Assembly (NCBI GenBank): GCA_036918135.1 | Contig: JBALDB010000056.1 | Coordinates: forward strand, 320,001-384,000 | Source of the DNA: Nostoc sp. | Lineage (GTDB): Bacteria > Cyanobacteriota > Cyanobacteriia > Cyanobacteriales > Nostocaceae | Length of the DNA: 64,000 nucleotides | Reading direction: 5' to 3' | Shown: piece by piece, positions 50,457 to 61,610 of the stretch | How positions within the stretch are numbered: the first letter of the stretch is position 1 | How the letters are laid out: each line of letters begins with the position of its first letter | Notes under the pieces: model-generated | The model's database searches: none | Seen by the model: only the letters and a program-made list of their open reading frames with translations | Told to the model about the DNA's origin: nothing | Program-made: the position numbers and the translations under genes

Positions 50457-51104
50457 TTAAACTTCAACTGGATGTTGTCCATAATAAGGCAAAGCCTCTG
50501 ACCAATTAGGAGACTTGCCTTGTTGCCAATCAATTTTAGCTAGTTCCAAAATACTTATTACCGTCGCAGCTAATCCAGATTCGGCTTGAATCAACTGATA
50601 ACTAGTGTTCCAATTAACTAAAGTTTCCTGCCATGCTTCTGGTGTCATAACTGTATCTGGTAATAAAGCTATTAGCCCAGAAGCATCTGGCATCAGCTGA
50701 TAAATAGCAGCAAAAATTTGGCCTCGTTGTCCTGGCATTTGGACGGCGAGAGTTTTTGGATTTTGACTTTTGCTTGCTTGTGACCAAGCTACGGCTGCTA
50801 AAGTTGAAATTGCAAATACAGGAATATCTAATTGTTGCCCCAACGTTCGGGCAGTGACGACACCAATCCGAGTGCCAGTAAAACCACCAGGGCCTTTTGC
50901 AACTGCAATCAAAGACAAATCTGCCCAAGTTTGTGGTTTGATAAATTCAATTAAATATTGATGTATTAAACTAGATAAATCACGTCCTAAATTCCAAACT
51001 TCAGAGCGAGTCTCGCCTGCAAAATTACTAATTGCTATACCTAATTCGGGAGTCGTAGTGTGCAGTGATAAAGCGTATTTTATTGTAGTAGTTTGCGTTG
51101 GCAT
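50457..51104 (-). CDS. tsaB: tRNA threonylcarbamoyladenosine biosynthesis protein TsaB
   Basis: IAVAKGPGGFTGTRIGV..ARTLGQQL.IP...IS.L. Confidence 0.92.
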   Translation of the reverse strand: MPTQTTTIKYALSLHTTTPELGIAISNFAGETRSEVWNLGRDLSSLIHQYLIEFIKPQTWADLSLIAVAKGPGGFTGTRIGVVTARTLGQQLDIPVFAISTLAAVAWSQASKSQNPKTLAVQMPGQRGQIFAAIYQLMPDASGLIALLPDTVMTPEAWQETLVNWNTSYQLIQAESGLAATVISILELAKIDWQQGKSPNWSEALPYYGQHPVEV

Positions 51105-51425
51105 GAACTATAAATTTAACTAAATAACAATTATTTTCAGCCGACCTGATTGCAAATTATTTGTATCTGACCGAAGACATCAAACGCTAAAAGTATTTTC
51201 CTGTCAAACTTCGGGTGATTTTGGCGGGAGATAAAGGGTTTTTACATGTACTTCGTCCCTACCAAACATCAAGCTGATTACCTAATCATAAGATGAATAT
51301 TTACGAATGCGATCGCCAAATAATTGTTCTAGTAGGCGGCTAAATCAAGCCATCCATTCAAGATATCTAAAACCCTTACGTAACAGTAATCACGAATTAC
51401 GATTACCACAGCGGTACTAATTATT

Positions 51426-52211
51426 TTAACTACAGTTAATTGCTGAAGCTGAGTTAACTTTAGTTAAATCTCCAGTAAATACACCTGTATATTTATAAGG
51501 TGATGAACCAGAACAAGTCATCGGATTTGTATTAGCGCGACGGGGAGTCCACCACGAATCTGCATTCACTGTCAAATTGATCCCATTCCATAATAATCCG
51601 GTGACAACTAAAGAGTTCGTTTTCCCATCATCAGCCTTTTTGGCAGTCAGAAATGTGGCATAGTAAGCGCTACCATTGTCTGGATTAATTTTTGCTAAAA
51701 TTGCAACTTTTGGGCCGCCACCACTTCCATAACTAGATAGCCAACGACCAGTAGCAAAGCGTCGAAAATCATTACCAGGCTGGCTACCTGTGGATGAGAA
51801 AACGCCATACAAAACGTTTCCTCCATTCCAAAGTAGTCCGTAGCCTGTACCATCATCATTCGTTGTTTCGTAATCAGTGCGACACCATTTCTTGAGACCA
51901 TTCTGAAAACTGATGATTCGAGGGTCTTTGTTTTGAGATGATACTTGCTGATAACCAATGTAAATAGTTGTTTGCCCAACAGTCACTCTCGGGCCATTTT
52001 TACTTCTGATAGTTGTCTCTGTGTCATTGCATGTAAATGTCACACCTTTACTGATAGATGACTGTACACTACTTTGGGCAAAGACTTGCAGGATTGGGAA
52101 GTCAGCACCTAATACCACTGATAAAAATAAAAATGCCAGATACTTTGGCAATTTACGACGATAAATCATTGAGCTTGGGTGATTAGCATGTTTAAAAAGA
52201 CACGATATCAC
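51426..52211 (-). CDS. Hypothetical secreted protein
   Basis: Signal peptide; Gly/Trp-rich domain (WL.SYGSGGG.KV). Confidence 0.6.
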   Translation of the reverse strand: MISCLFKHANHPSSMIYRRKLPKYLAFLFLSVVLGADFPILQVFAQSSVQSSISKGVTFTCNDTETTIRSKNGPRVTVGQTTIYIGYQQVSSQNKDPRIISFQNGLKKWCRTDYETTNDDGTGYGLLWNGGNVLYGVFSSTGSQPGNDFRRFATGRWLSSYGSGGGPKVAILAKINPDNGSAYYATFLTAKKADDGKTNSLVVTGLLWNGINLTVNADSWWTPRRANTNPMTCSGSSPYKYTGVFTGDLTKVNSASAINCS

Positions 52212-53665
52212 AAAGTTTCAGTAATTGCTAACTCCTAATACTCTGAATAGTTGGCGTGAATATTTATTGTTGCGATTAGGCAGAAGGCAGGAGTAAAGAA
52301 GGTTTAAGTTTATTTGATTTTTATTAATATAGTTTTGTTTTTTCACACCGTTTTACCTATAGCAATCGGATTTGATTTTTGAAAAAATGTGAGATACAAG
52401 AGTGTGTTATCAGCGAGAGTACGACACCATATCAAGGTTTTGGTGCGTTAGCCTACGACATAACACACCCTACGTATATTTCATGCAATTAAATATGAGT
52501 TTTATCTGGTCAAAAAAAGTCAAAAGTTAAAAATTAGGTATCTTTTTTATTTAAGAATAAATTAACAAATAATTAAATTAAGAATAATTTTAGACGTAGT
52601 ACTCCTCAATCATTCACAAGAAATAAGATGCCTAATTTTTATCATAACTAGGGTATCTACAGCTTGCAATTATTACAAATTAAAGGAATATTTCTAGTTG
52701 TAAGTCTTAAATAAAAAGGAGTGATGAAATTTGATATTATTAACACCTTATGCATCACTCCTAGTAAGTTACACGTTGATAAGCAGTTACATATTGTTAA
52801 ATTACACCAGCTTAATAGTTTATTTATCCTCTAACTAAAGAAGCGGATAATTGTTAAAATATTATGTATTTTTATATACGTTTATTTTGAAGTTACAATT
52901 ATATTTTGCAATTTGAGATGTAGTAGTTTGGCTACTGCTTGTTCTCAGTAGCCTTATTTTAGTCAACACTACAATGATATCCGCTGAGATAATTTTTGAG
53001 AAAAAACGTATCCACAAACACAAAGAAACTTAACTTAGATAGTATACCTTTAGTAGTAATGGCTTAATTCTTGTGATGGAAGCTTAGTAATAATAGAAAC
53101 AATTATTATTAGTACTTAATCATCGAGGGAGTGACAAAGTGGATTAAACAATATTGGGAATTTAAGGCTGAAATCCTAGATTTTCGGAGTCTCGTATCGG
53201 ATCTAATTTATTTGCTAGTCATAATTTTGACTGGGCGATTGCGTTGCTGACGAATTAGTATAATCTTAAGTCATCATCCTTTGGGTTAGTATTTGTGTGA
53301 GCTACAAAATCCTCCAACCAAGGTAGAAGTAATACTTAGCAAAATGTTATAATCTGTTCTCCGAAAAAGTATAAGTGTGCCAAAAATATACAGTGCTTGT
53401 TAAGCAATTTATAGATTCAATTTACATTGAGTATCTAGATCTAATTGCCAAGCTATCGTTTCAAAACTGAATTGAATGTAGTATTGTAATATCTAGATTG
53501 TCGAAAATCTTTATAAAGGTACTCTTATCAATTTAATTTAACAACAATTGCAGCTTCATGAAAATCCAGTTTTTTACTCAAGAAAATCAGAAATGCTGCA
53601 ATACCAAGTCTTTAGCAAGTAGATTTTTTTGCCCAACCTCTGCAACTAAGTAGCGGGAATTTAAG

Positions 53666-54838
53666 GTGAATATAGAAAAGTTTATCCAACGCGCAGAAGT
53701 ATTGCACAAGCGTTTAACAGATTTATACCAAACTGCTAGCGTATTGCCTTGGATTCCATCAGATCTTTTACCAGAGGCTTTTAAGGAACTCTATAGCAAC
53801 TCAAAGATAGTGCAGTTAGCGGCAGAGGAACTATATCAACAAAACGAAGAACTAATACAAACACGGAATTGGCTAGAAGCAGAACGCCAACACTACCAAG
53901 ATTTATTCGAGTTGGCACCAGACGGCTATTTAGTAACGAATACAGAAGGTATTATTCAAGAAGCTAACCACACAGCAGCTAAGTTATTTAATGTTTCAAA
54001 GAATTTTCTAGTCGGCAAATTAATGATTAATTTTGTCCCTTTAGAAGAACGTCAACAAGTTTGTAACGAACTCATCCAACTGTCTCAATCAGGAAGAGCT
54101 AAAGAGTTGTTAATACGTTTGCAACCAAGTCATGGCGAGTTGTTTAATGCAGCTTTGACAGTGCTTGTTGTCCGTAATCTGCAAGGGAAAGCCACCTCTC
54201 TGCGCTGGATGCTACGTAATATTTCTCAGCGTCAGCCTTTAGAATCAGCAGTAGTCAAAAATCATAGCAGCGAGCTGTTTTCTGAGTATCCTGTGTATAA
54301 ACATTCCAAAGGAGAAACTATTCCTCTCAATCCACTAGTAATTTGCTATGTTTACCAGGGTTTAGTCAAGTTAAGTACTTACTGCGAAACAGGCGAAGAA
54401 GTACTCTTAGGATTAGCAACAGCAGGAATGGTTTTTGGTACTAGTTTGACTTCTCTAAATGTTTATCAAGCAATAGCTCTTTCTGATGTGGAATTAGTAT
54501 CGCTTTACGTAGTAGAAGTAGCAGCTTCGCCAACTTTGAGTCATACTCTTTTACCAAAAATCAATCACCGATTACAGCAAACAGAATCTTTTTTAGTCAT
54601 TTCTGGTAGAAGAAGAGTACAAGAGCGCCTCCACTATTTATTAGAACTTTTAAAACAGGAAATTGGTGAGACTGTACCGGATGGAACTCGCTTGAGTGTT
54701 CGTTTAACTCATGAAGATATTGCTAGTGCTTGTTGTACTACTAGAGTTACAATTACCCGATTGATGGGCAAATTACAAGAACAAGGTGTAATTGATTTTG
54801 ACTTAAAAAAACATATTATTTTGAGAACTTTAGATTAA
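53666..54838 (+). CDS. PAS domain plus Crp/Fnr-family transcriptional regulator
   Basis: Coiled coil, PAS (YQDLFELAPDGYLVT), cNMP-like barrel (GLVKLST...GEEVLLG), Crp HTH (LTHEDIA....TTRVTITR). Confidence 0.85.
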   Translation: MNIEKFIQRAEVLHKRLTDLYQTASVLPWIPSDLLPEAFKELYSNSKIVQLAAEELYQQNEELIQTRNWLEAERQHYQDLFELAPDGYLVTNTEGIIQEANHTAAKLFNVSKNFLVGKLMINFVPLEERQQVCNELIQLSQSGRAKELLIRLQPSHGELFNAALTVLVVRNLQGKATSLRWMLRNISQRQPLESAVVKNHSSELFSEYPVYKHSKGETIPLNPLVICYVYQGLVKLSTYCETGEEVLLGLATAGMVFGTSLTSLNVYQAIALSDVELVSLYVVEVAASPTLSHTLLPKINHRLQQTESFLVISGRRRVQERLHYLLELLKQEIGETVPDGTRLSVRLTHEDIASACCTTRVTITRLMGKLQEQGVIDFDLKKHIILRTLD

Positions 54839-54946
54839 TTAAATGGGAGATTCATGAATTTATATCATACTGTTATAATAACTGTCATTGTGACCAAAGA
54901 GAAGCAATCACAAAAACAGGCGAGTATTACAAATTACGAATTCATA

Positions 54947-56689
54947 TCAAATTTGGGGATCTAATTGTTCAGTATAGCGACGGGGTGTATAAACCCAAAT
55001 ACTACCATCGCGGCGGTTGATAATTCGAGTTTTTGTGGAACCGACAAGAATAATTGTCCGCATGTCAGCGGTAGCTGGTGCTAACTCCTCAAGTGTTATT
55101 ACTTTCACAATTTTTCCTGGTCTACCGAGATTTCGTGCTAAAACTACTGGTGTATCCGAAGTTCGATATTGCAATAAAATATTTCTCGCTTCTGCCAGTT
55201 GCCAAGTACGCTCTTTGGAAACAGGATTATAGAAAGCAATTACGAAATCAGCCTCGGCAGCAGCAGCAATTCTTTGGGCGATCGCCGACCAAGGCTTTAA
55301 GATATCAGAAAGAGAAATTGCACAAAAGTCATGTCCCAGCGGCGCACCAATTGCTGCTGCTGCTGCTTGCATCGCGGAGATGCCTGGTGCTACATGAATG
55401 TCGATACTCTCCCATTCCGGTTTAAGATAGCGATCGCATACTTCAAAAACTGCTGTTGCCATCGCATAGATACCAGGGTCGCCAGATGAAACTACAGCTA
55501 CATATCGTCCAGATGCAGCTAAATCGAGCGCCATCTTTGCCCGTGCTTCTTCTTGGCGGTTATCGGACTCATGCCGTTGCTTCCCATCTCCGAGAGAACC
55601 GATTAAATCTAAGTAAGTTTTGTAACCCACTAAATCAGTTGCGGATTTAAGTATTTCCTTGACTTCTCCAGACATCCACTCTTGACCGCCGGGGCCTGTG
55701 CCAATAATCGCTAATCGTCCGCGTGGTTGACCAATGGTGTTGGGGTCGATTGGCTTTTGGGCAATGGCGATCGCCATGTGAGGATAACCAGATAAAGGAG
55801 ATGTACCTGTGGCAGCGATCGCTGCGGCTTGGGCAGGGCTATAACCTTGGGAAAGCAAGTTTTCTAGCTGATTTGAGGTGAAAAAGCGAGCAGGCACTCT
55901 CAAGGCGCTAGCTAAGGTGTGGATAGTGGGATCGGCAGCAGCGGTGATGGGTGCAAATATGCCTGCGACTGATGCGGTTGCTAGTGCAGCATCAGCTAAT
56001 AGTTGCTGTACTAAAGCTACTGGGTCTGTATAGCCAATGATGCCATCAATGGCGATCGCTATAGTTTCAGGATGATAGACAAGGCAGTTGGGCGCAGGAG
56101 TTACTAAGCGTTCTGTAACCTGAATGGTCAAGTCTCCATTTGCATCTATAGGCAGTTTGCTATTGCTCAACCAAGGTGCTGTACCTTGTAACTTGACTTG
56201 CGCCCCAGCGAGCAAATCTGAAATAAATTTTTTCGCATCGTCTGGGTTCGCTAAATGGTATCCGGGGGGAGGAGACAACAGCGCTGTGCCCAAACGTAAA
56301 TCGCCTGTGGCGGTAATTGCGGGTTTGACCTCAAGCGCTTGAGCAATCCGGCGTGCCAAATCATTTACCCCAGCAAGTCCGCCCAACAGAGGGACAACAG
56401 CACTACCATCTTCAGCCACAGCTAACACTGGTGGTTCCTGTCGTTTGTCACAGAACATCGGAGCTAGCGTCCTAATCAAAATACCAGCTGCACAAATGCC
56501 AATCAGCGGCGTTCCCTGAGCAAATAACTCCCGCAGCGTCTCGCCAAAATTCCTGAAGCTGACATCAACCCCAGACGTGCGACCCTCTAATCCATATAAC
56601 GTCGTTCCTGGTAGGACGCTGATTATTTTACGTGCTACTGCTACGCTATTTTGACCTAGTATTACAATGGCGGGTGCAACGTTCATCAT
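54947..56689 (-). CDS. cobJ: CbiG-like domain fused to precorrin-3B C17-methyltransferase
   Basis: DK..EPPVL, PLLGG..G.N; C-terminal IGTGPG, VGYKTY, VSSGDPGIYAM, GHDFCAISLSD, TPRRY. Confidence 0.92.
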   Translation of the reverse strand: MMNVAPAIVILGQNSVAVARKIISVLPGTTLYGLEGRTSGVDVSFRNFGETLRELFAQGTPLIGICAAGILIRTLAPMFCDKRQEPPVLAVAEDGSAVVPLLGGLAGVNDLARRIAQALEVKPAITATGDLRLGTALLSPPPGYHLANPDDAKKFISDLLAGAQVKLQGTAPWLSNSKLPIDANGDLTIQVTERLVTPAPNCLVYHPETIAIAIDGIIGYTDPVALVQQLLADAALATASVAGIFAPITAAADPTIHTLASALRVPARFFTSNQLENLLSQGYSPAQAAAIAATGTSPLSGYPHMAIAIAQKPIDPNTIGQPRGRLAIIGTGPGGQEWMSGEVKEILKSATDLVGYKTYLDLIGSLGDGKQRHESDNRQEEARAKMALDLAASGRYVAVVSSGDPGIYAMATAVFEVCDRYLKPEWESIDIHVAPGISAMQAAAAAIGAPLGHDFCAISLSDILKPWSAIAQRIAAAAEADFVIAFYNPVSKERTWQLAEARNILLQYRTSDTPVVLARNLGRPGKIVKVITLEELAPATADMRTIILVGSTKTRIINRRDGSIWVYTPRRYTEQLDPQI

Positions 56690-57518
56690 TAATGAATTAC
56701 AAATTAATCAATTAGTACTTTATACTCTCACTAAAAACGTGGAATTGAAGACGGCAAGCCAACACGCATAAATAATCTTGCAAATGCTTGAGAAAAGTGT
56801 TCTAAATAAGGAGACTTTAATTGCCACCGACAATCTATGTCTGTGACGTATTTCAATTCATTAACCTGCACTCAGAAAGGGTCTATCGTCATTCTTCGTC
56901 TACAAGAAACGGCTGAGGTTTTTTACATCCTTTGAACTTGGCACGCATAACTACCCGCTCTGAGCGCTTCGGTGGAACTGGATTGTAATTTACTTCACCA
57001 ATACTTTTAATATATTCTAGGTATTCTTCTATATGAGTTAAAACTTGCAAAACATTTTCAGTGACCTCTGCTACCCTTCGTCCTTCTAAACTTTACAACA
57101 TAGAGGTAGCTCTTGGCTCAAGTACAATTAATCTGGGTAGAGTTAAGTTGTCATTAGAACGTAGAGGGATTATTGTAGCCATCAGTTAATCAACTCACTT
57201 GTGTATTCTGTAATGCCAAGCTTCAAAAGTTTTGTTCTTTTGTTCATGCATTTGTCGCACAATCTCCTAAAGTTCTACTCCATCTTTGGGAATATTATGC
57301 TCCAAAAACAGGTTTAAATCCTACAGTATATAAATAAAATCATTCGTTGGAGGAGGAACTAGTGCTTGATTAAGAACAAGCATTGCTGCTAATTTCTCTT
57401 AAGGAATTTGTCGCTGTGAGGGAGTATGGGAAGTGTCGGGAGTGTAGAGAGATGACGAAATGGGGAGAGAATTCCACCCCACCACCCTAACTTTCTCACA
57501 CTCCCTGTTTGCCCAATA

Positions 57519-57914
57519 TCAACTAGCTTTACGCTCTTTAAGTACTTGGTCTAGCAAGTTTCGTGCAGGTTGCGCTTTAGCCAACGCTGCTTGATGGTCG
57601 CTGTAAGCACGAACGAGGCGAGAAAGACTGCTCACACCTGCCTTGAGTTGCTCAAGTTCTTCACCACTAACCAATTCTCCATCCAGCATCCGCCCAATCA
57701 AAGGTTTGATGTCGCCCACTTCTTGGCGGACTTTTTGGAGCTTTTCTAGAGAACTCAGTAAGGTTTTTAACGAGTTCAAGATATCATCAATATCTTGGCC
57801 ATCTTCTACTGGTTCAAGCTCCTCTTCAATTGTTACCGTATCTTTGTCTGAAATTGTAGGCAATTCCTGTGCAGAAGTTTCATTTTTAACTCCGTTTGAC
57901 CGTGGCATCAACAT
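57519..57914 (-). CDS. Hypothetical coiled-coil protein
   Basis: 131 aa ORF with RBS-like GAGG. Confidence 0.6.
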   Translation of the reverse strand: MLMPRSNGVKNETSAQELPTISDKDTVTIEEELEPVEDGQDIDDILNSLKTLLSSLEKLQKVRQEVGDIKPLIGRMLDGELVSGEELEQLKAGVSSLSRLVRAYSDHQAALAKAQPARNLLDQVLKERKAS

Positions 57915-58044
57915 TTCCTCAAGGAATTTTTCTTAGTGTATCGCTTATTTTAAGTTTCTCAAGAGATTATTGTTATAATTCGTTAAATAAGTAATTATGA
58001 AAATTCAACTGTATGTAAATTAATAAACTATTTATAATTGTATA

Positions 58045-58482
58045 TTATTTACAGTGTTGTTGAAGAAGAGACATAGCTAATTCAAAACTATTAGGTTGAG
58101 TTTGTACTGCATAAGCTTCTCTTTCTAAATCTTGCCTGTGGACATCGGTATAATGCATAAAAAATGGTCGAGCATAATTGATAGGCTGAATATTTAAACC
58201 TAAAGTTTTTATTTTTCCTTTTCCCGCACATACTTGTGCGGCATGAACAGCTTCGTGGGTTAGGGTTTGAGTACCGATGTTTAGCTCAAAAACTACTGGA
58301 TTAATCCAAATTTTTTTGCTAGCTTCTTGTAATAAACCATAAGCGCCTCGCTTTGGTGGTAGTTGAATTATTACTTGAAATCCATATTTTTCTAATTTAT
58401 TTTTTAAATTGATAAATTTTTTATCTGGATCAGGTAATTGAGCAGTTAATAAGAAAGAAGTTAAGAATAAAGTTGGTATCAT
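58045..58482 (-). CDS. Hypothetical exported HExxH zincin-like protein
   Basis: THEAVHAAQ and EREAY motifs; probable start MIPTL. Confidence 0.6.
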   Translation of the reverse strand: MIPTLFLTSFLLTAQLPDPDKKFINLKNKLEKYGFQVIIQLPPKRGAYGLLQEASKKIWINPVVFELNIGTQTLTHEAVHAAQVCAGKGKIKTLGLNIQPINYARPFFMHYTDVHRQDLEREAYAVQTQPNSFELAMSLLQQHCK

Positions 58483-58558
58483 AAAAAATTGCGTATTGCC
58501 TTCCAAGTGAGCCAAAATATTTAAAATTATGTCTACTCAATTAACCATAATAAATAAT

Positions 58559-58820
58559 ATAGGACTACTATTTTATTTTTCAAAAGATACGTAGTGGACT
58601 GGTAAGGCTAAAATGCTGCAAAAAATTGTAGGTTGGGTTGACGTAAGGAAACCCAACTCCTTGATTAACATTGGGTTTCACGTTGCTCAAACGCCACTTG
58701 CTTGGCTGTTGGCACGCAAGGGCGCAGTGGCTCCCCAACCTACACGTAACGCACTCTTTTAAGCTTGCTACGCCACTACAATACCTAATTTTCTTCAAAC
58801 AATCAAATATTATTCCGATA
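58559..58820. repeat. Composite MITE/REP-like repeat cluster
   Basis: GTAGGTTGGGTTG...CCCAAC / GTTGGG...CCCAACCTAC nested palindromes inside TAGGACT..TTT.ATTTTT-type ends. Confidence 0.55.
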
Positions 58821-58847
58821 TAAAATTGAATTTTTACTTTTACCTTA

Positions 58848-59080
58848 CTAGTACAGCAGACGCGTAAATAAACCACCCATTCTAAATCAATAAAACCCTA
58901 ATAGTATAGTAATTACGAATTATGAAAAATACATAGCTTGCTTCTCGCATCTACGCGAGAATTACGAATTTCACTCAGCAGTACTAGTACAGCACGGCGG
59001 AAATAAACAACCCATTCAAAATCAACGAAACGCTTATACTATATTCATTTTGACTTTTGACTTCCGCCTTGCGGTACTAG
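58848..59080. repeat. Two tandem CTAG-bounded MITE-like elements
   Basis: CTAGTACAGCA..GCG.AAATAAAC.ACCCATTC.AAATCAA at 58848 and 58984; each ends GC(A/G)GTACTAG. Confidence 0.7.
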
Positions 59081-59448
59081 GTTGTTCTAATATGTCGAAG
59101 AAACTCAATATTCAAATCTAGCTTTGTTCCTAACCATAATGAACGATCTGCGTGGTCTGCCACGTCATCGCCTGTTTCAGGATGGACGAGAATATCTAAA
59201 CCCTGACGATTGAGCATTAACCAGGGGACAACTTTATCAAACTGATTCGGTAAGAAAGCAACTTGATACATTGCTTTTGGGTGAGGGCCGATGGGCTTGT
59301 CAAACCAGCGTCCAAGCTTCACATCAAATCTAGCGCCCAATTCTTCACGCACATGGGCGGCGATATCCTTAGTCGTAATATCAAAGTAGACATGAGCGTG
59401 AAAACCAGTAATTTCGATAATATCTTCTTTCATCGTTCCTAGATCCAC
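59077..59448 (-). CDS. DOPA 4,5-dioxygenase family protein
   Basis: FHAHVYF, PIGPHP..MYQ, WLMLNR.GL.ILVHP.TG....DH....WLG. Confidence 0.9.
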   Translation of the reverse strand: MDLGTMKEDIIEITGFHAHVYFDITTKDIAAHVREELGARFDVKLGRWFDKPIGPHPKAMYQVAFLPNQFDKVVPWLMLNRQGLDILVHPETGDDVADHADRSLWLGTKLDLNIEFLRHIRTT

Positions 59449-60031
59449 TTTTCGCTCTCAACTCTAATTTTAGGTAGTGGACTTTTTATTACTTAAAAAG
59501 CGTTGGCGTTGGCGTAGCCTCTAGTAGATAACCCCGCCGTACGTACCGCTCTTTACTTAATACCGTGCAATTAACGCTCCTTTACCTAATAATCATTTCT
59601 AAAAATATCTATAACATACAAATTAGTTGTATAGCATATAGTTATACACCCCTAACTATATATAGCAGTCAGATTTGATTAGCAAAGCGATCGCAAAGTT
59701 TTGTGCGATTGCTTCTCTAGGAGACACTACGCGTAGCTTGCTTCCACGTTCGCGTAGCGTCCCGCAGGGAAGTGGTACGCTTTACTTCGTTGCGCTCGCA
59801 ATGATATTTTATAAGCAATCAATCGAAGATAACATAAGAGCCAAAAGGCACTCTTATAAAAGAGTTATAGAAGATTAAAATGTGTGGAATTGTTCATGAT
59901 ATCAAACAGCAATACTATATCTCTATCAACTACTTTCTAAAATGCTATAAGTCTTGTGATAGTTGAAATGAAATCCACACAAAAGGAAAGTTTCTAAATC
60001 TTGTTAGCTATCACTTGTGCAATGTTCGTAC

Positions 60032-60568
60032 TTAGTTCACACCTGAAGTGCTTGTATTTTCTTTCATAAGTTCATCTTTTTTATCGATAACTGAAAGATG
60101 CACAATATGTACCGAACAAGGAGCATGGTGAAGGACGTAGTTACTCACACTACCGAGAAATAATTCTGTTAGCCCAGAGCGACCGCGACGCCCCATAACA
60201 ATTAAGTCAGCGCCATAACTACGGGCTGTTTCACAAATAAGGCGACCAGGATTGCCAATATTTTGAGTAAATTCCGTAGTCAGACTTGCTGTATTTCCTT
60301 CGGCACAGAAAGATTGCAACATCTGGATACCTTGATTTTTAAGGGTATCCCACTGCTGCTGGTATAACTCGAAGTTTTGAGTACTCAATTCCGGGTAATA
60401 GTCAAAATTTGACAGTGAAGGTACGTAAGGACTACCATCTTCTTCTGGTGATAGGACATGCAATAGCATCAAGTTAGCTTGTGTTAACTTTGCTAAACCT
60501 AATGCTTGGTCAAAAACCTTTTGCTTTATTTCCGAGCGATCTAATGCAACTAAAATCTTTTTAAACAT
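60032..60568 (-). CDS. Universal stress protein
   Basis: MFKKILVALD.S, ADLIVMGRRG.SG..ELFLGSVSNYVLHHAPCSV. Confidence 0.93.
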   Translation of the reverse strand: MFKKILVALDRSEIKQKVFDQALGLAKLTQANLMLLHVLSPEEDGSPYVPSLSNFDYYPELSTQNFELYQQQWDTLKNQGIQMLQSFCAEGNTASLTTEFTQNIGNPGRLICETARSYGADLIVMGRRGRSGLTELFLGSVSNYVLHHAPCSVHIVHLSVIDKKDELMKENTSTSGVN

Positions 60569-61184
60569 TATAGACCTCCAGTTCTATTGGTAATTGCTCT
60601 TTACGATTTCGGATTTGCAGATGCTGGATTGTCAAAAACGAGCAATCCCTTTACTATGTTTGGTGACAGTTTACACTATTTTCAATAACTGTGGAGTATT
60701 GACACTACAATAATTGCAATGAAGCAACTTGTGCCAGGTATCAGTTTAGCAACTTTTGAATTTTAAATTCCTGAAACGCCTTAGTCTTATAGTTATATTT
60801 ATAGTAAAAGAATTTGAGATTCTTGTGAAGAAAGCAAATGTGTCGTAAATCTGAACTTACCTTCAGCATCTTTCTTCAAACAGCCCTAGCCAAAATCGAG
60901 TTTGAGGCTTGAATATATTTATTTACATTAGAGGAAGGTATATAATAAATATCAAAAATTTAAAATCCAGTCATGAGAAGGATTGCAGGCTAAAAGGAAG
61001 TTTTATTTATTAATTCGATTCCATAAAAGGGTCAATAGAGCCTAAATTAATAAAACTAAAATAAGCATTTTTTGATACTAAGTTGCATTCGGTTGTAGTA
61101 GTTTGGATTTGCTGAGATTGCTTCCTTGCGCTCTGCTCCAATGGCAATGACAGAATAGTACTATCTTTTGACGGCAATTTGGTA

Positions 61185-61380
61185 TTAATTTGTTAACAGT
61201 GTCCTCGATAGATTTGCACTGACTGAATATCGATCGCCTCCTTGCTCTTTAGCAGCATAAAGGGCTTGATCTGTCAGGGCAATCAGTGTATTTGGTAAAT
61301 TTCCCAGTGTGGGGATTGTACTGCCAATCCCAAGACTGACACTTACAATCTCACTGATATCAGATCGCTTTTTACTAGTC
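61185..61380 (-). pseudogene. C-terminal fragment of a GGDEF domain
   Basis: IVSVSLGI...LIA..DQALY.AKEQG.DRY without the upstream GGDEF core. Confidence 0.7.
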
Positions 61381-61610
61381 ATCCTCAAACAGCAATAAAT
61401 TGAGTCATATTTTCCCAGAATGCGGAAAACTCACGTATTTAAGTCATAAATCTGTATTTTTTAATTTTATACTCAGTAATTTCTCTCTATCTGATCAATT
61501 TCGCAAGATAGAAGTTTGAATTTTTCCTGCAAGCGAAGTATTGACTTAACTATAATATTTTGACAAGCTAATAGTTAGTTAATCTAATAAAATTAATTGC
61601 ATCGAAACTT

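Noticed and set aside
56720..57270. IS transposase remnant
   Set aside because: The minus strand looks like a decayed ORF with several stops, but I recognise no DDE/HUH motif or terminal repeats
58580..58876. 98-aa ORF, and similar short ORFs at 20974-21381, 30854-31075, 38515-38706 and 59675-59878
   Set aside because: They lie over repeat clusters, or overlap or run antisense to real genes or pseudogenes, and have no recognisable motifs
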